From contig JALCRV010000005.1 in NCBI GenBank assembly GCA_022652945.1, positions 83,512-147,511 on the forward strand: a stretch of DNA of 64,000 nucleotides, given 5' to 3'. This DNA is from Bacilli bacterium. GTDB lineage: Bacteria; Bacillota_I; Bacilli_A; RFN20; CAG-288. The notes under the pieces were generated by a model. That model saw nothing but the letters and a program-made list of their open reading frames with translations, made no database searches and was not told where the DNA came from. Numbering within the stretch: position 1 is the first letter of the stretch; each line of letters starts with the position of its first letter. Shown piece after piece: positions 49,965-61,400 of the stretch. The translations under genes were made by a program, and so were the position numbers.

Positions 49965-50753
49965 TTAACGTTCTTCGAGGATCTGCTTTTTCTTTTTCTC
50001 GAATTCTTCCTGGGTGATTACACCACGATCCAACAGGTCTTTATAAGATTCAATGGCTTTGGCTTTCCTTAATTCCTCTTCCGGATCGGAAGGTTTATTC
50101 CCGCTCTGAGGGATGAAGACAGAGTTATTGATCTCGATTCCTCTAGTCAGAAGAAGAATCAGGACCGCGAAGATAACCTGGGTCAAAAGATTGCCGATAT
50201 ATAAAACAATCTGCGCATTATCGTTCATAACCCCGGTCATCATCGAAAGGGCTTGGATGATCACGGCTAAGGAAGAAGAGACTAAAAGAAGGATACCGGA
50301 GATTTTGATGATTCTTAGGATATCCGCAGTATTCTTCCCGCAGATAAAAATGATTGAACTGATGACTAAGACAGCGATGAAAAGGAAACTGAAGGCGGAA
50401 AGGACCCAGGAGATAACTAAGAGCACTGAGTCGAGAGAGTTAACGACGCCGGCAAAGTTCGTATCAGCAATTTGTGCGTTTTTCGAGGAAAGGGTCAAAA
50501 CGGAGAAAATCGCAAAGAAATACGAAATCAGATTCATGACAGTCGGAATCCGCGGATCTTTAAATTCCACTTTATCAGCGATGATAAGAAGCACCATAAT
50601 CGCCAAGGACAAAGAAGACGAATAGATGGTAAGGCGAGTATGGTTAACTGAAGAGTAGATGGCGGCGGAGATTATGACAAAAATCAGCTGGATAACGAAA
50701 GCCAGAATAGCAACATAAAAATACTTTGAATCTTTTTTAAAAGCTATTTTCAT
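49965..50753 (-). CDS. Multi-pass membrane protein with a C-terminal SHOCT domain
   Basis: About 6 hydrophobic helices are followed by the C-terminus ESYKDLLDRGVITQEEFEKKKKQIL (SHOCT signature: L.kLk.LkD.GvIT.EEFe.kK..LL). Confidence 0.65.
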   Translation of the reverse strand: MKIAFKKDSKYFYVAILAFVIQLIFVIISAAIYSSVNHTRLTIYSSSLSLAIMVLLIIADKVEFKDPRIPTVMNLISYFFAIFSVLTLSSKNAQIADTNFAGVVNSLDSVLLVISWVLSAFSFLFIAVLVISSIIFICGKNTADILRIIKISGILLLVSSSLAVIIQALSMMTGVMNDNAQIVLYIGNLLTQVIFAVLILLLTRGIEINNSVFIPQSGNKPSDPEEELRKAKAIESYKDLLDRGVITQEEFEKKKKQILEER

Positions 50754-50773
50754 CTGTAACTGCTTCCTTCTGA

Positions 50774-51196
50774 TTAAAGACCGAGCAACTTCTTCTTTTT
50801 CGCTTCGTATTCTTCCTGGGTGATAACACCTTTATCAAGAAGATCCTTATATTCCTTTAAGGCCTGAGCGGTGCTCTCTTCGGTGGCAACCTGGGAAGCT
50901 TTGGACGGAGTCGTATTAACGACGCTATCGGTATCCCAGTTGGTGATCGGCAGCCCATCGGAGTCTTTCGCTCCGCCGGTGATAATCATGATCAAGTCAA
51001 TCAAAGCACCGATGCCGAATAAGCCGAAGGTGAAGATATAAAGGACCCCGAGTCCGATCTTTCCTTCGTAGAACTTATGGACACCAATCTCCCCTAAGAA
51101 GAGACAGAGGAGCAAATCGACTAAGCGCGACTTAGGAGAAATTGTCGCCTTTCCCGGCATCGGATAGACTTCCTGCATTTCATCCATAATCATCAC
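50774..51196 (-). CDS. TM2-domain protein with a C-terminal SHOCT domain
   Basis: The TM2 motif is present (LGEIGVHKFYEGKIGLGVLYIFTFGLFGIGALIDLIMII), followed by LKEYKDLLDKGVITQEEYEAKKKKLL (SHOCT). Confidence 0.7.
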   Translation of the reverse strand: MMIMDEMQEVYPMPGKATISPKSRLVDLLLCLFLGEIGVHKFYEGKIGLGVLYIFTFGLFGIGALIDLIMIITGGAKDSDGLPITNWDTDSVVNTTPSKASQVATEESTAQALKEYKDLLDKGVITQEEYEAKKKKLLGL

Positions 51197-51197
51197 C

Positions 51198-52868
51198 TCA
51201 ATCGAGCTTAGTTAAAGTCAGCTCGACCCTTTCCCTGATTTCATCTTGACTCAGAATATGTAAGACCTGATAAAGGTTAGGTGATTGCTGGGAAGTCGTC
51301 AGAGCGACTCTGACGATCGAAGCCACATCACCGACGTGGCCTTTATACTGGTCCTTCGCGTTCTTATAAATCTTAAAGGAAGAAGCGAAACCGTGTCTTT
51401 CCCCTAAGGCTTTAAGCGACTCAAACCAAGCATTTTCATCTAAAGTATAATCCGTAGAAGTCAAAAAGTCATTCAGGATTGCTTTTGTATCTTCCTTGCT
51501 GATCAAAGGATTAAAAGGAAGAGCGGGCAGTTCAGCGAACATCTTTTTATATTCTTCCTGATAGAAGAAACGGATATGCGGATAGATATCCGCATATTTC
51601 TCGTAGTCTTTTCTCGGCTTTTCCTGCTCGCGTTCGATATCCATGATCTTCTCGAACTTGGCATAGTCCTGTTCGATCAAAGAAGTAAGTTTGCTATCGA
51701 AGCGTTTAGCCCAGTTATAAGCTTCCGAAGAGATTCTTTCTTTCGGATAGTAGGCTAAAGTCTCCTTGCAGATGAACTGGACCTTGCCGATATCAAATAA
51801 GGCACCATCCAAGGACATCTTATTAAAGGAGAAGACGAAATCGGTGAAAGGCACTTTCGGATTGGCTAAAAGCCATTCCTCAAAGTTCGAATTAGCGATC
51901 GTCATCAGGTACTTAATCAAGCCTTCAGCCGGATAACCTTGTTCGATGAAATAACTGACTGCCGCTTCCGGATCCTTTCTCTTAGAAAGCTTACGTTTAT
52001 TGCCGTTATCAAGTTTCATGATGACCGGCAGATGGGCGTATTTAGGAGCCTGAAAGCCCATAGCCGCAAATAGTTCAATATGGATAGCTAAAGAAGCGAT
52101 CCATTCCTCGCCTCTCGTGACCAATGTCGTCCTCATAAAATGATCATCGCAGACGTGAGCGAAATGGTAAGTCGGCAGACCATCGGATTTCATGATGACG
52201 ATATCCTGGTCGTTTTCCGGAATCCTTAAGTCGCCTCTGATTTCATCGTGGACCTTGATGAAGTTAAGATGGTTGCCCAACGATTTAAAGCGGATGACAT
52301 AAGGAACTCCCGCTTTGATTTTCTCGTACTGTTCATCAAGAGTCAGATAACGGCAGCGGGCGTATTCCCCATAATACCCGGGGATGACGCGGTTAGCTTC
52401 CTGAGTAAGACGTAAAGCATCCAGATCAGCAGGGGTGCAGAAGCAAGGATAAGCCCGGCCTTTCAGCATCAGGTCTTTGATGCAGATACGGTAGATATCC
52501 TGTCTCTGGGACTGAATATAAGGTCCGTAATCACCTTTCTGGGTTTTCCCTAGATAACCTTCATCAGGTTGGATTCCAAAGATCTTCATCTGTTCGATCA
52601 AATCTTCACCCGAACCTTCGATTTCTCTTTTTTGATCAGTATCTTCCAGTCTCATGAAGAAGACACCCTTGGATTGCCAGGCGCACTTAGAGGACACCAT
52701 CGCCGTAAATAAAGAGCCGGTATGTAAAAAACCGGTCGGAGATGGAGCAAAGCGGGTGACTTCTGCGCCTTCAGGTAGATGGCGGGGAGGATATCTCTTT
52801 TCAAGATCCTGGACGGTCAACTTTACATCCGGGAAGATGAGATCAGCTAATTCTTGGATAGTATGCAT
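51198..52868 (-). CDS. gltX: Glutamate--tRNA ligase
   Basis: The class I aaRS motifs are present: RFAPSPTGFLHTGS (the HIGH region), RLEDTDQKR, and KLSKR (KMSKS-like). A ~40-aa N-terminal extension is also present. Confidence 0.8.
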   Translation of the reverse strand: MHTIQELADLIFPDVKLTVQDLEKRYPPRHLPEGAEVTRFAPSPTGFLHTGSLFTAMVSSKCAWQSKGVFFMRLEDTDQKREIEGSGEDLIEQMKIFGIQPDEGYLGKTQKGDYGPYIQSQRQDIYRICIKDLMLKGRAYPCFCTPADLDALRLTQEANRVIPGYYGEYARCRYLTLDEQYEKIKAGVPYVIRFKSLGNHLNFIKVHDEIRGDLRIPENDQDIVIMKSDGLPTYHFAHVCDDHFMRTTLVTRGEEWIASLAIHIELFAAMGFQAPKYAHLPVIMKLDNGNKRKLSKRKDPEAAVSYFIEQGYPAEGLIKYLMTIANSNFEEWLLANPKVPFTDFVFSFNKMSLDGALFDIGKVQFICKETLAYYPKERISSEAYNWAKRFDSKLTSLIEQDYAKFEKIMDIEREQEKPRKDYEKYADIYPHIRFFYQEEYKKMFAELPALPFNPLISKEDTKAILNDFLTSTDYTLDENAWFESLKALGERHGFASSFKIYKNAKDQYKGHVGDVASIVRVALTTSQQSPNLYQVLHILSQDEIRERVELTLTKLD

Positions 52869-52883
52869 ATGTTCTTTCTCCTT

Positions 52884-53972
52884 CTATTTAATGGGTTTAG
52901 TATAGAACTTTCCGTAGACTTGGTTGGACGAGGTAACGTTGACAAAGCATTCCGGATCGACCTTGCGAGCGTAATCGACGACCTGTTTCACCTCGGAAGC
53001 TGAAACGACCATGAAGATGACCTTTCGAGGTTTACCGGTATAGCCACCGATGGCATCTACCACCGTGCACCCGTGCGGGAAGGCTCTTAAGAGCATCGTT
53101 GCCATCTCCGGGTTATCAGTGTTGATCTGCAACTGAGTCTTTTTATTCTTGATGTTAATAAGATCCAAGGTCTTGGCGGAGGTGAAGAAATAAATGCAGG
53201 TATATAAGGAAAGGCTGATTTCTCCAAAGGCTTCCCCGCCAGCTTTCTTCAATCTGATAGCGTTGATGATGGTGTAGAGCAAGACGATGATCGTATTTGC
53301 GATTACTGAATACTTCCCGACTGTCGTGGATTTTCTTTCTGCGATGGCGAAGGTGACAATATCGATACCTCCCGCCGAAGAGCCGATCATATAAGCCAGA
53401 CCGGAAGAAAGCCCGGTCAGAATGCCAGCGACCAAGGCGCGGGCGATATAGTCGTTAGAGATGGAGAAGATATTAGTCCAGGATTCCGGGATTACTTTAA
53501 TGAACAAGGAAGAAACCGCGACGTTGATAAAAGTGATGACGGTGAACTTATGCCCGATGAACTTCCAGGCGATAAAAAACAGAGGGATATTGATAACAAA
53601 ATAAGAAATGGAAGTAACGGTGCTTTCGGTTCCGGTGTAGCCGAAGATCTGCATGATTCTTAAAACACTCTGCGACATACCTGAAGCACCGCCCGAAATC
53701 AAGGAAGGCGTATGGATCAAAGTATTCGTCGCATCGTAATAATCGATTGGAGCGACAAAGGAGCGATAACCGTAGGCGAAAAGGAAGGCGGAAACAACGG
53801 TGATAAATAAAAGCCAGATCCATTCCAGACCCGTTCTCATCACCGGGTGATCAAGCAGATAATCTCTGGCTTGGTTTTCTTCTTTTTTCAGAAGAGTCGG
53901 TTTTTCTTTACGAAAGCTAGGCTTAGTACCGATCGGCTCAGATGCAGTTTGTTTCTTCTCGGGTGTATCCAT
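52884..53972 (-). CDS. YitT-family membrane protein (DUF161 plus C-terminal DUF2179)
   Basis: The multi-TM region has YitT-like GG repeats (SLISGGASGMSQ, IGSSAGGIDIV). The C-terminal DUF2179-like region is AFPHGCTVVDAIGGYTGKPRKVIFMVVSASEVKQVVDYARKVDPECFV. Confidence 0.7.
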   Translation of the reverse strand: MDTPEKKQTASEPIGTKPSFRKEKPTLLKKEENQARDYLLDHPVMRTGLEWIWLLFITVVSAFLFAYGYRSFVAPIDYYDATNTLIHTPSLISGGASGMSQSVLRIMQIFGYTGTESTVTSISYFVINIPLFFIAWKFIGHKFTVITFINVAVSSLFIKVIPESWTNIFSISNDYIARALVAGILTGLSSGLAYMIGSSAGGIDIVTFAIAERKSTTVGKYSVIANTIIVLLYTIINAIRLKKAGGEAFGEISLSLYTCIYFFTSAKTLDLINIKNKKTQLQINTDNPEMATMLLRAFPHGCTVVDAIGGYTGKPRKVIFMVVSASEVKQVVDYARKVDPECFVNVTSSNQVYGKFYTKPIK

Positions 53973-54165
53973 CTTTTCCTCTTCGGGGATATCCTACTTC
54001 TCTTCAATCCCCTTATAACATATGTATTATACTTTAACCCTAGTCAAGAAGGTAGTAACTAAAGCGTTTTTAAAGCCGATTAAAAGGAAAGAATTAAGAA
54101 GGCCTTAATTAATAAAAAAAGCCCACCTTTACAGGTGAGCTGAAAGTCAACTTAACTAATTCAGG

Positions 54166-54354
54166 TTACTTCTTAGCGGCTTTGACTTCAATGACTTTTT
54201 TGCCGTTATAATAACCGCACTTAGAGCAAACGTGATGAGGTTTAATCATCGCGCCGCAATTAGGGCACTCGACCAACTGGGCCGGATGGAGCTTAAAGTG
54301 GGTTCTTCTTAAGGCCTTAGCGGTCTTGCCTGTTCTTCTCGGGGGTACTGCCAT
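54166..54354 (-). CDS. rpmF: 50S ribosomal protein L32
   Basis: [22 protein letters not shown]...[23 protein letters not shown] is the L32 zinc-ribbon signature. Confidence 0.9.
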   Translation of the reverse strand: MAVPPRRTGKTAKALRRTHFKLHPAQLVECPNCGAMIKPHHVCSKCGYYNGKKVIEVKAAKK

Positions 54355-54594
54355 ATGATATTCACTCTCCTTCTCTCTGCATACGCAAAGAGAATTATAA
54401 CTAAAGGGGGTAGCAATGTCAAATATGATTTTGCCCTCCTACACCCTGTTAATACGGCCTTTTTAAGGTACTTATGATACGTTAGAAGAACAAAACAGCA
54501 AAAAACCTAAAAAGAAACAACCCGAGTCAGAAAAAGATAGAGCCCAGATGGTAGAATATATAAGGATAAGAAGAAAAATAAAGGAGATCTATAT

Positions 54595-55887
54595 ATGGCT
54601 AAACTTAAAGATGTCAGCGTCATCAGTCCGACTGTCTTAAGACTTAATTCCCCCGCGCAGGCTGGGGATGAAATCGATCTGAAAGATCTTCAGCAGGTCG
54701 ATTTATCTTATATAGATAACTTAATTAAATCAGGTCAGGATAAGGCCTATAACGAGAAATTCGCTTCTTTGCAAAGAGAATGGAAACTTACTTCTGAAGC
54801 TGAGAAGAAAGATATCAACTCCCAAGCGCAGTTACAGATCCAGAGCCTTAAACAACAGATAGATGCTTTAAACGAGAAAATCTCTGTTGAAAAAGAGAAG
54901 GCTATCTTGGAGACGAAGAATGAATACAATCCGCAGATTGTTCAGTTAAAGAACGATCTGCAGAGAGCTTTAGATGAAAAGAAAGCAGCGGAGGAACAAG
55001 CCGCTTTAAAACAGAAGAGCGCTGATCAGGAGATGATTCAGGATATTAAAGAACAGTTAATGAATGAGAAGATGAATAATATCCAAGCCATAAAGGAAAA
55101 AGATGATGAGATAAATGCTTTAAGATTGAATAAGGCTTCAACTGGGGTGAAGACTTTAGGCGAGCAGTTGGAGACCTGGTGCAATAATGAATATCAGAAC
55201 TATGCGGTGACGGGGTTTGAGAATTGCACTTGGGAGAAAGATAACACCTTGGTGGCTTTTGAAGGTGAAGATGGCAAAGGAACGAAGGCGGATTATATTT
55301 TCCGCGTTTATTCTTCCGATGAACACACTCAGGAGAATGAGTTAGCTTCCGTTTGTATGGATATGAAGAATGAGAATCCGGAATCGAAGACTAAAAAGAA
55401 GAATGCGGATTATTATAAGAAACTGGATTCCGATCGGACTAAGAAGAACTGCGAATACGCTTTGTTGGTCTCCGAGCTGGAGATGGATAAGTTTAATGAT
55501 GCTCCGATAGTTAAGGTTACGGATTACCCGAAGATGTATATGGTCCGTCCTCCTTACTTTATCGCTTTCTTAAGCATCATCGAGTCTTTAGGAAAGAAAT
55601 ATAAAGATCTCTTAGAGAAGGTCAATAAAGATAAGTTGGACTTTAAAGAAGCTCAGGAAATCATCGACGAATTTGAGCAGATGAAGTCAGCTTATCTTGA
55701 TAAGCCGCTCGTAGCGATGGAGAGCCAGTTACAGGATATTCTAGATAGCTCCAAGAAAATCGCTGATGCCAACCAGAAGATCAATGATACAGCGAATAAG
55801 CTGATTAACCAGACCTTGGAGAATATCAGAACCAAGATAGCTAGGTTTGATATCAACAAGTTAGCCAAGAAAATAGACAATATCTAA
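54595..55887 (+). CDS. DUF2130-like coiled-coil protein
   Basis: A 430-aa protein with a long N-terminal coiled coil and a conserved central Cys/Trp-containing block (WCNNEYQNYAVTGFENCTWEKD ... YIFRVY). This resembles the DUF2130 proteins common in low-GC Firmicutes and Mollicutes. Confidence 0.5.
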   Translation: MAKLKDVSVISPTVLRLNSPAQAGDEIDLKDLQQVDLSYIDNLIKSGQDKAYNEKFASLQREWKLTSEAEKKDINSQAQLQIQSLKQQIDALNEKISVEKEKAILETKNEYNPQIVQLKNDLQRALDEKKAAEEQAALKQKSADQEMIQDIKEQLMNEKMNNIQAIKEKDDEINALRLNKASTGVKTLGEQLETWCNNEYQNYAVTGFENCTWEKDNTLVAFEGEDGKGTKADYIFRVYSSDEHTQENELASVCMDMKNENPESKTKKKNADYYKKLDSDRTKKNCEYALLVSELEMDKFNDAPIVKVTDYPKMYMVRPPYFIAFLSIIESLGKKYKDLLEKVNKDKLDFKEAQEIIDEFEQMKSAYLDKPLVAMESQLQDILDSSKKIADANQKINDTANKLINQTLENIRTKIARFDINKLAKKIDNI

Positions 55888-55984
55888 AAAGTCATCAAAA
55901 ATATACAAAACCACACCTTTTTCAATATTTATCGGTAACCTATACTTATAATTAAATCAGCCATAACTTAAAGGAGCCTTTTTT

Positions 55985-57748
55985 ATGTACCATACTAAAT
56001 CTTACTTTCCTTCCCATCCAAACCCTCAATTCGCCAGAAAGGACTTTCTTAATCTTGATGGTCAATGGGACTTTGTTTTCGATGATCAGGACGAAGGAAT
56101 AAATAATCAATACTTACAGCGTTTCCCGACCGGATTGAAAATAAACGTACCTTTTAGCTATCAGACTGAAAACTCAGGCATAAATATTAAAGAGCCACAT
56201 AAGATCCTTTGGTATCAGAAGGGATTTGAATTTTCCAAGATTAGCAATCAAAGAGTCTTCCTTCATTTTGAAGGAGTGGATTACTTAGCTGATGTCTATC
56301 TTAATGGCCAGTATCTAGGTCACCACCAAGGCGGATACGAAAGATTCAGCTTCGAGGTGACTTCCCTTCTTAAAAAAGGAATGAACGTCTTAATCGTCAG
56401 AGCCGAAGATGATTTCTCCGCTATCCATCCCCGCGGAAAACAAAGAACAAAGCCTGAAAGTTTCGGATGCTTCTATACCGAAACCAGCGGTATTTGGAAG
56501 TCTGTCTGGTTAGAAAAGACCGGCCAAACCCTCCTTTATTCCGTAAAGATCTATCCTTCCTTCAAAGATAATGAAGTGAAGATGGAGTACGAAGTCCAAG
56601 GTAAAGAAGATGGTATTGAGTTAGAGACTGAAATCACCTATCACGATGAATTGATCGCGCGGGAAAGAAAGACAGTTAACCATCCTTTCTTTACCCAGAC
56701 CTTCGATCTTACAACCGATTCAGATTTCCTGAAGATTCAAATCTGGAGTCCGGAACATCCGAATCTCTACGATGTAAAATTCACGATCTTGAAAAACGGT
56801 AAAATCATCGATACGGTTTATTCTTACTTCGGAGTAGCCGAATATTCCGCTCAGGATCGGAATATCTACCTTAACCGCTGTCATTTCTTCCCCCGCTTTG
56901 TTCTAGACCAAGGTTATTCTTCTAAAGGCGGATTGACTTTAAAAGAGGAAGAGATGGTTAAGGATATCAGTCTGATGAAAAACATCGGAATGAATGGCTG
57001 CCGGAAGCATCAGAAAATCGAAAGCGATCTTTTCTATTATTACGCTGATATCCTTGGCTACGCTTTATGGCAGGAACTGCCTTCCTTTTACGATTGGAAA
57101 CAGGAGACTATTCTCTTAGCTAGCCACGAATGGCTGGAGATTTTAAAGCAGCATCTGAATCATCCTTGCCTGATGGCATATGTCATCTGCAATGAATCCT
57201 GGGGTATCCAAAGTATAAATGAGAAAAAGGAACAACAGGAATTCACTCTAGGTTTATATCATCTGACCAAAGCCATCGATCCTAAGCGTTTTGTCATCTC
57301 TAATGATGGTTGGGAGCATACTTTATCTGATTTTCTGACTCTGCATGATTACTCTTCTTCAAAGGAAGAACTTTTAAAAGAATTCTCTTCTATGGAAGAA
57401 GACCTGAAAAATGGAATCGAAAGAACCGATTCTATCTTAAAGCCGAGAGCTATCGATAATTCTAAAGTAATGGATAAGCCTATTCTTTTAACTGAATTCG
57501 GAGGAATCGCTTTCCAGAAAGATCAAAAAGATGGCTGGGGATATGGGAATATGGTTACCTCGGATGAAGAATACCTAAAGAGAATCAAAGGGCAAGTAGA
57601 TGCCATCTTTGAATCTGGAGAGATCCAAGGTTTCTGTTATACCCAAGTTTCTGATGTTGAGCAGGAAAAGAACGGATTAACTGATGAAAGCAGAAATTAT
57701 AAAGCGGATAAAGAAAAGCTGAAAGAAATATTCGGAAGAGAAAGATAA
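55985..57748 (+). CDS. Glycoside hydrolase family 2-like protein (paralog of 20254-22008)
   Basis: The same GH2 sugar-binding signature is present (LDGQWDF; FLHFEGVDYLADVYLNGQYLGHHQGGYERFSFEV), and the TIM-barrel motifs are NGCRKHQKIE and ICNESWG. The product is 587 aa. Confidence 0.7.
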   Translation: MYHTKSYFPSHPNPQFARKDFLNLDGQWDFVFDDQDEGINNQYLQRFPTGLKINVPFSYQTENSGINIKEPHKILWYQKGFEFSKISNQRVFLHFEGVDYLADVYLNGQYLGHHQGGYERFSFEVTSLLKKGMNVLIVRAEDDFSAIHPRGKQRTKPESFGCFYTETSGIWKSVWLEKTGQTLLYSVKIYPSFKDNEVKMEYEVQGKEDGIELETEITYHDELIARERKTVNHPFFTQTFDLTTDSDFLKIQIWSPEHPNLYDVKFTILKNGKIIDTVYSYFGVAEYSAQDRNIYLNRCHFFPRFVLDQGYSSKGGLTLKEEEMVKDISLMKNIGMNGCRKHQKIESDLFYYYADILGYALWQELPSFYDWKQETILLASHEWLEILKQHLNHPCLMAYVICNESWGIQSINEKKEQQEFTLGLYHLTKAIDPKRFVISNDGWEHTLSDFLTLHDYSSSKEELLKEFSSMEEDLKNGIERTDSILKPRAIDNSKVMDKPILLTEFGGIAFQKDQKDGWGYGNMVTSDEEYLKRIKGQVDAIFESGEIQGFCYTQVSDVEQEKNGLTDESRNYKADKEKLKEIFGRER

Positions 57749-58021
57749 CTGCTATGTGACAAGTTAAAAGCAAGATGGCATGTGCATGTATCATTGCCAC
57801 TGAGCCAATAGTGGCTTCAAATTTTATTGTTACTTACCATTATCATCTCAGAAAACTTTGCCTTTTATGTGGCTTTTAATTTTTTCTGTTAAGTGACAAA
57901 CGGACTTATTTTCCTGTCTAAAGGGGCCCGTTGAGATTTTTCTTGTATCTGAAATGAAAAACAGTATAATAGAAAAGACGCAACCTTTTATTTGGACGTC
58001 ATTCGAGGAGAAGAAAAAGCA

Positions 58022-58249
58022 ATGAAACCGTTCGAAATACTCTTCTTTGTGATCGCGATACTGCTCATTGTCCTTTCCCTTCTGACCGGACCTAAATCAC
58101 GCGGTGCTTCAGGCGCTATTACCGGCGGCACTAACATGAATATCTTCGCGAAGACCAAGGAAAGAGGCGTGGACAAGATTATTTCGATTATCACGATGAT
58201 CTGCGGTATTCTCTTCTTCTTGTTTGCCATCTTAGCCCGTTACCTTTGA
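58022..58249 (+). CDS. secG: Preprotein translocase subunit SecG
   Basis: MKPFEILFFVIAILLIVLSLLTGPKSRGASGAITGG...KERGVDKIISIITMICGILFFLFAIL: two TM helices flank a Gly-rich loop, the classic SecG layout. The start was placed at MKPFE after GGAGAAGAAAAAG. The conserved secG-rnr-smpB synteny supports the call. Confidence 0.85.
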   Translation: MKPFEILFFVIAILLIVLSLLTGPKSRGASGAITGGTNMNIFAKTKERGVDKIISIITMICGILFFLFAILARYL

Positions 58250-58404
58250 TTCAGGATTTATAGAGGGGCATAAATAAAGTTCCCCTCTTTTATTTTGTTG
58301 GAGGCCTACGTCTTAGATCCGTTTGACGATGTTTATTTCGCTTGTCGACCGTTCTTTGAAAAATGTACCTGCGTCACAGATACCAGAAGGAGAATTTATC
58401 ATTT

Positions 58405-61400
58405 ATGGAACAAAAAGAATTTATCGCTTATTTTAAAGGAAATCACCATCCCTTGAAGGATTTTGCTGAGCACTTCCAGCTCAGCGTCGAAGATGCCCAG
58501 AAAGAAATCCAGATTTACCTGGATAACGGGATTATCATCGAGACCTTGAAAGGCTACATGCTTACTTCCGATTGCCGAGTAACCTTAGGCACGATCGTTT
58601 TTATGAAAGACAATTACGCTTTTATCCAACCCGTTGGCTCTTCGATGACCAAGAAAGATGACATCCGTGTCGCAGGTAAGTCGTTAGATGGCTACATCCT
58701 TAACGACAAGGTTTATTTCCAAGTCGATAACTGGAATAACGGCACGATTGTTGGTCTATATTACCGCAACAAGTATTTATCGGGCACGGTCTTTAAAAGA
58801 CCGAACGGCTCTTTCTTTTTAAAAGCCAAGCAAACCACCACCACCGATATCGATATCCATCTGCAAGATAGCCCCGCTTTACAAGGCCTGAGCGATGGCG
58901 ATTTAGTAAAATGCGAAATCATCTCGTCCGCCAGGGACGTAATTGAAGTTAGCTACGTCGAGACCTTAGCCAAGGCCTCAGAGGTTGGAGCGGATATTTC
59001 CGCTATCATCGCCTCTAATGATGCTCCTCTTACCTTCCCGACCGATGTCCTGACCCAGGCCAAGATGATCCCTCAGACGCTTTCTAAAGATGACTTAAAA
59101 GGCCGCGAAGACTATCGTAATGACGTAATTGTCACAATCGATGGGGCGGATGCCTTGGACTTTGATGATGCCGTCTCCTGCATCCCGTTTGCTAAGGGCT
59201 ATCGAATCGGCGTCTATATCGCTGATGTCTCTTATTACGTCAGACCGAATACTCCTTTAGATGAAGAAGCCATCAATCGTGGCACTTCCATCTACGTCGC
59301 TGATCGAGTCGTCCCGATGCTGCCGACCGAGCTTTCTAACGGCATCTGCTCTTTAAATCCGAATGTCGACCGTTTAGTCATGGCCGTCATTATGGATATC
59401 GACGAAAGTGGCAACATCTACCGTTCCGAGATTCATCCGGGTGTCATCTGCTCCCACGGCAGATTGACCTATCAGGAAGTCAACGAGCTATTTAAAGACA
59501 ATAAGAAAGGCGAGCTTTCGGAAGATATCGTCCAGATGCTCTTCCGGATGCATGAAGCCACAAAGAAGATCCGCTTCCTTCGTGAAAGAAACGGCGCCCT
59601 CGATCTTGATTCCACCGAATTAAAGTTCGCTCTGGATGAAAACGGCAATCCGACTGAAGTCATCAAGAGAACTCAAGGCGAAGGCGAAGACATGATCGAA
59701 GACCTGATGATCATCGCCAACGTCGAAGTCGCAAAGTTCCTCTCCGAGAAAGACATCCCGACCTTATACAGAGTCCACGACAATCCGCCTTCCGAAAAGA
59801 TCGAACTCTTCAAACAGTTCCTTCGCCAGATGAAGATGGTTCAGGACTTCCCGTCTAACGTCACCCCGGCTACTTTATCGCATTGGTTCTCTTCGATTAC
59901 CGATCCGAAAGTCCACCAGGCGGTCTCTTCCTTCCTGCTCCGCTCCTTAGCTAAGGCTAAGTACTCACCGGATAACACCGGCCACTTCGGACTCGCCGAG
60001 CCGTTCTATCTGCACTTTACTTCCCCGATCAGAAGATATCCTGATCTGATTGTCCACCGTACGTTAAGAGACTATGTCTTCAATCAGGAAACCTTCAATT
60101 ACAATCATCTTCATACTTACCTCGAAAACCTCGGAGTCCTGACCTCCGCCGCGGAACGCCGCGCCGTTGAGATCGAACGTGAGGTTGACGACTTAGAAGC
60201 CTGCAAGTATATGTCTAATCACCTTGACGAGACCTTCCAAGGTATCGTAACCGGAATCAACGCCAAGGGACTATATGTCGAGTTGGATAACGGAATCGAA
60301 GTCTTCGTCGCTTTGCGCGACATCGATCCGAACCAACGCTGGATCTATTCCGATCGCCACATGGATATTCAGAACACGGAAAGAGATGAGGATGATAACT
60401 ACACCTTCTACCGTCTCGGAACTGCCATGGAAGTCATCATCTCTGAAGTCACCATGGAGGATAAAACAATACACGCTATGACACAGAAAGCCAAAGATTA
60501 CAATCAAGCCTTTAGAAATTACGAATCAGATGTCGAAAAAGAAGACGGAGAAAGAAGCGAAAGACCGGATTATTCCAGAGTCAGACACGGTGGTTACAAT
60601 TCCCGTCCGCGTTCTTCTTTCGGCGGCGGTTACCGCGGAAAGAGAGATTCTTTCCATTCCCGTCCGTCTTATTCTTCCCGTCCTTATGAGGATGAAAGAA
60701 GAGACGAAAGAGAGCAAAACGAAACTAACGATAATCCTGCTATCGAGGAAGAAAAGCCGTTTGTCGAAGAGAATGTAAATCCGGAGACGGAAAATACTGA
60801 AACCAAGGCGGTCAATGCCGAGGAAACTAACCCGGCTCAGGAAGAATCCCAGACCGAAGAGACAGCATCCTTAACCAGATTTGTCTCCGGCAAGGATTCG
60901 ATGGATACCGCTGAGACGAAGCGAAGAATGGAAAATACTCCGCGTCGGCCTTCATTCGGCGGCCGTCGTGATTCGCATTCTTCCTATCGTGGCGGACGTT
61001 CTTCTTACGGACATGACGATCATCGTTCCTTCCATCGCGATGGTGATTCTTCGCATCGTGGTTACGGACGTAAGTCTTATCATGATGGGCCGATTGAGAA
61101 AAATCCTTCCTTCAAATACTCCGATAAACAATTCGATCTAGGCGAAACTAGCGAGAATCAAGAAGGGGGCGAAAGAAAAGATTATTCTTCCCGTTCCTCT
61201 TACGGACATGATGATCACCGTTCCTTCCATAAGGATGGGGATTCCTCTTATAGAGGCGGACATTCCTCGTACGGACATGACGACCATCGTTCCTTCCATA
61301 AGGACGGTGACTCCTCTTATAGAGGCGGGCATTCTTCTTACGAACATGACGACCATCGTTCCTTCCATAAGGATGGGGATTCCTCTTATAGAGGTGGCCA

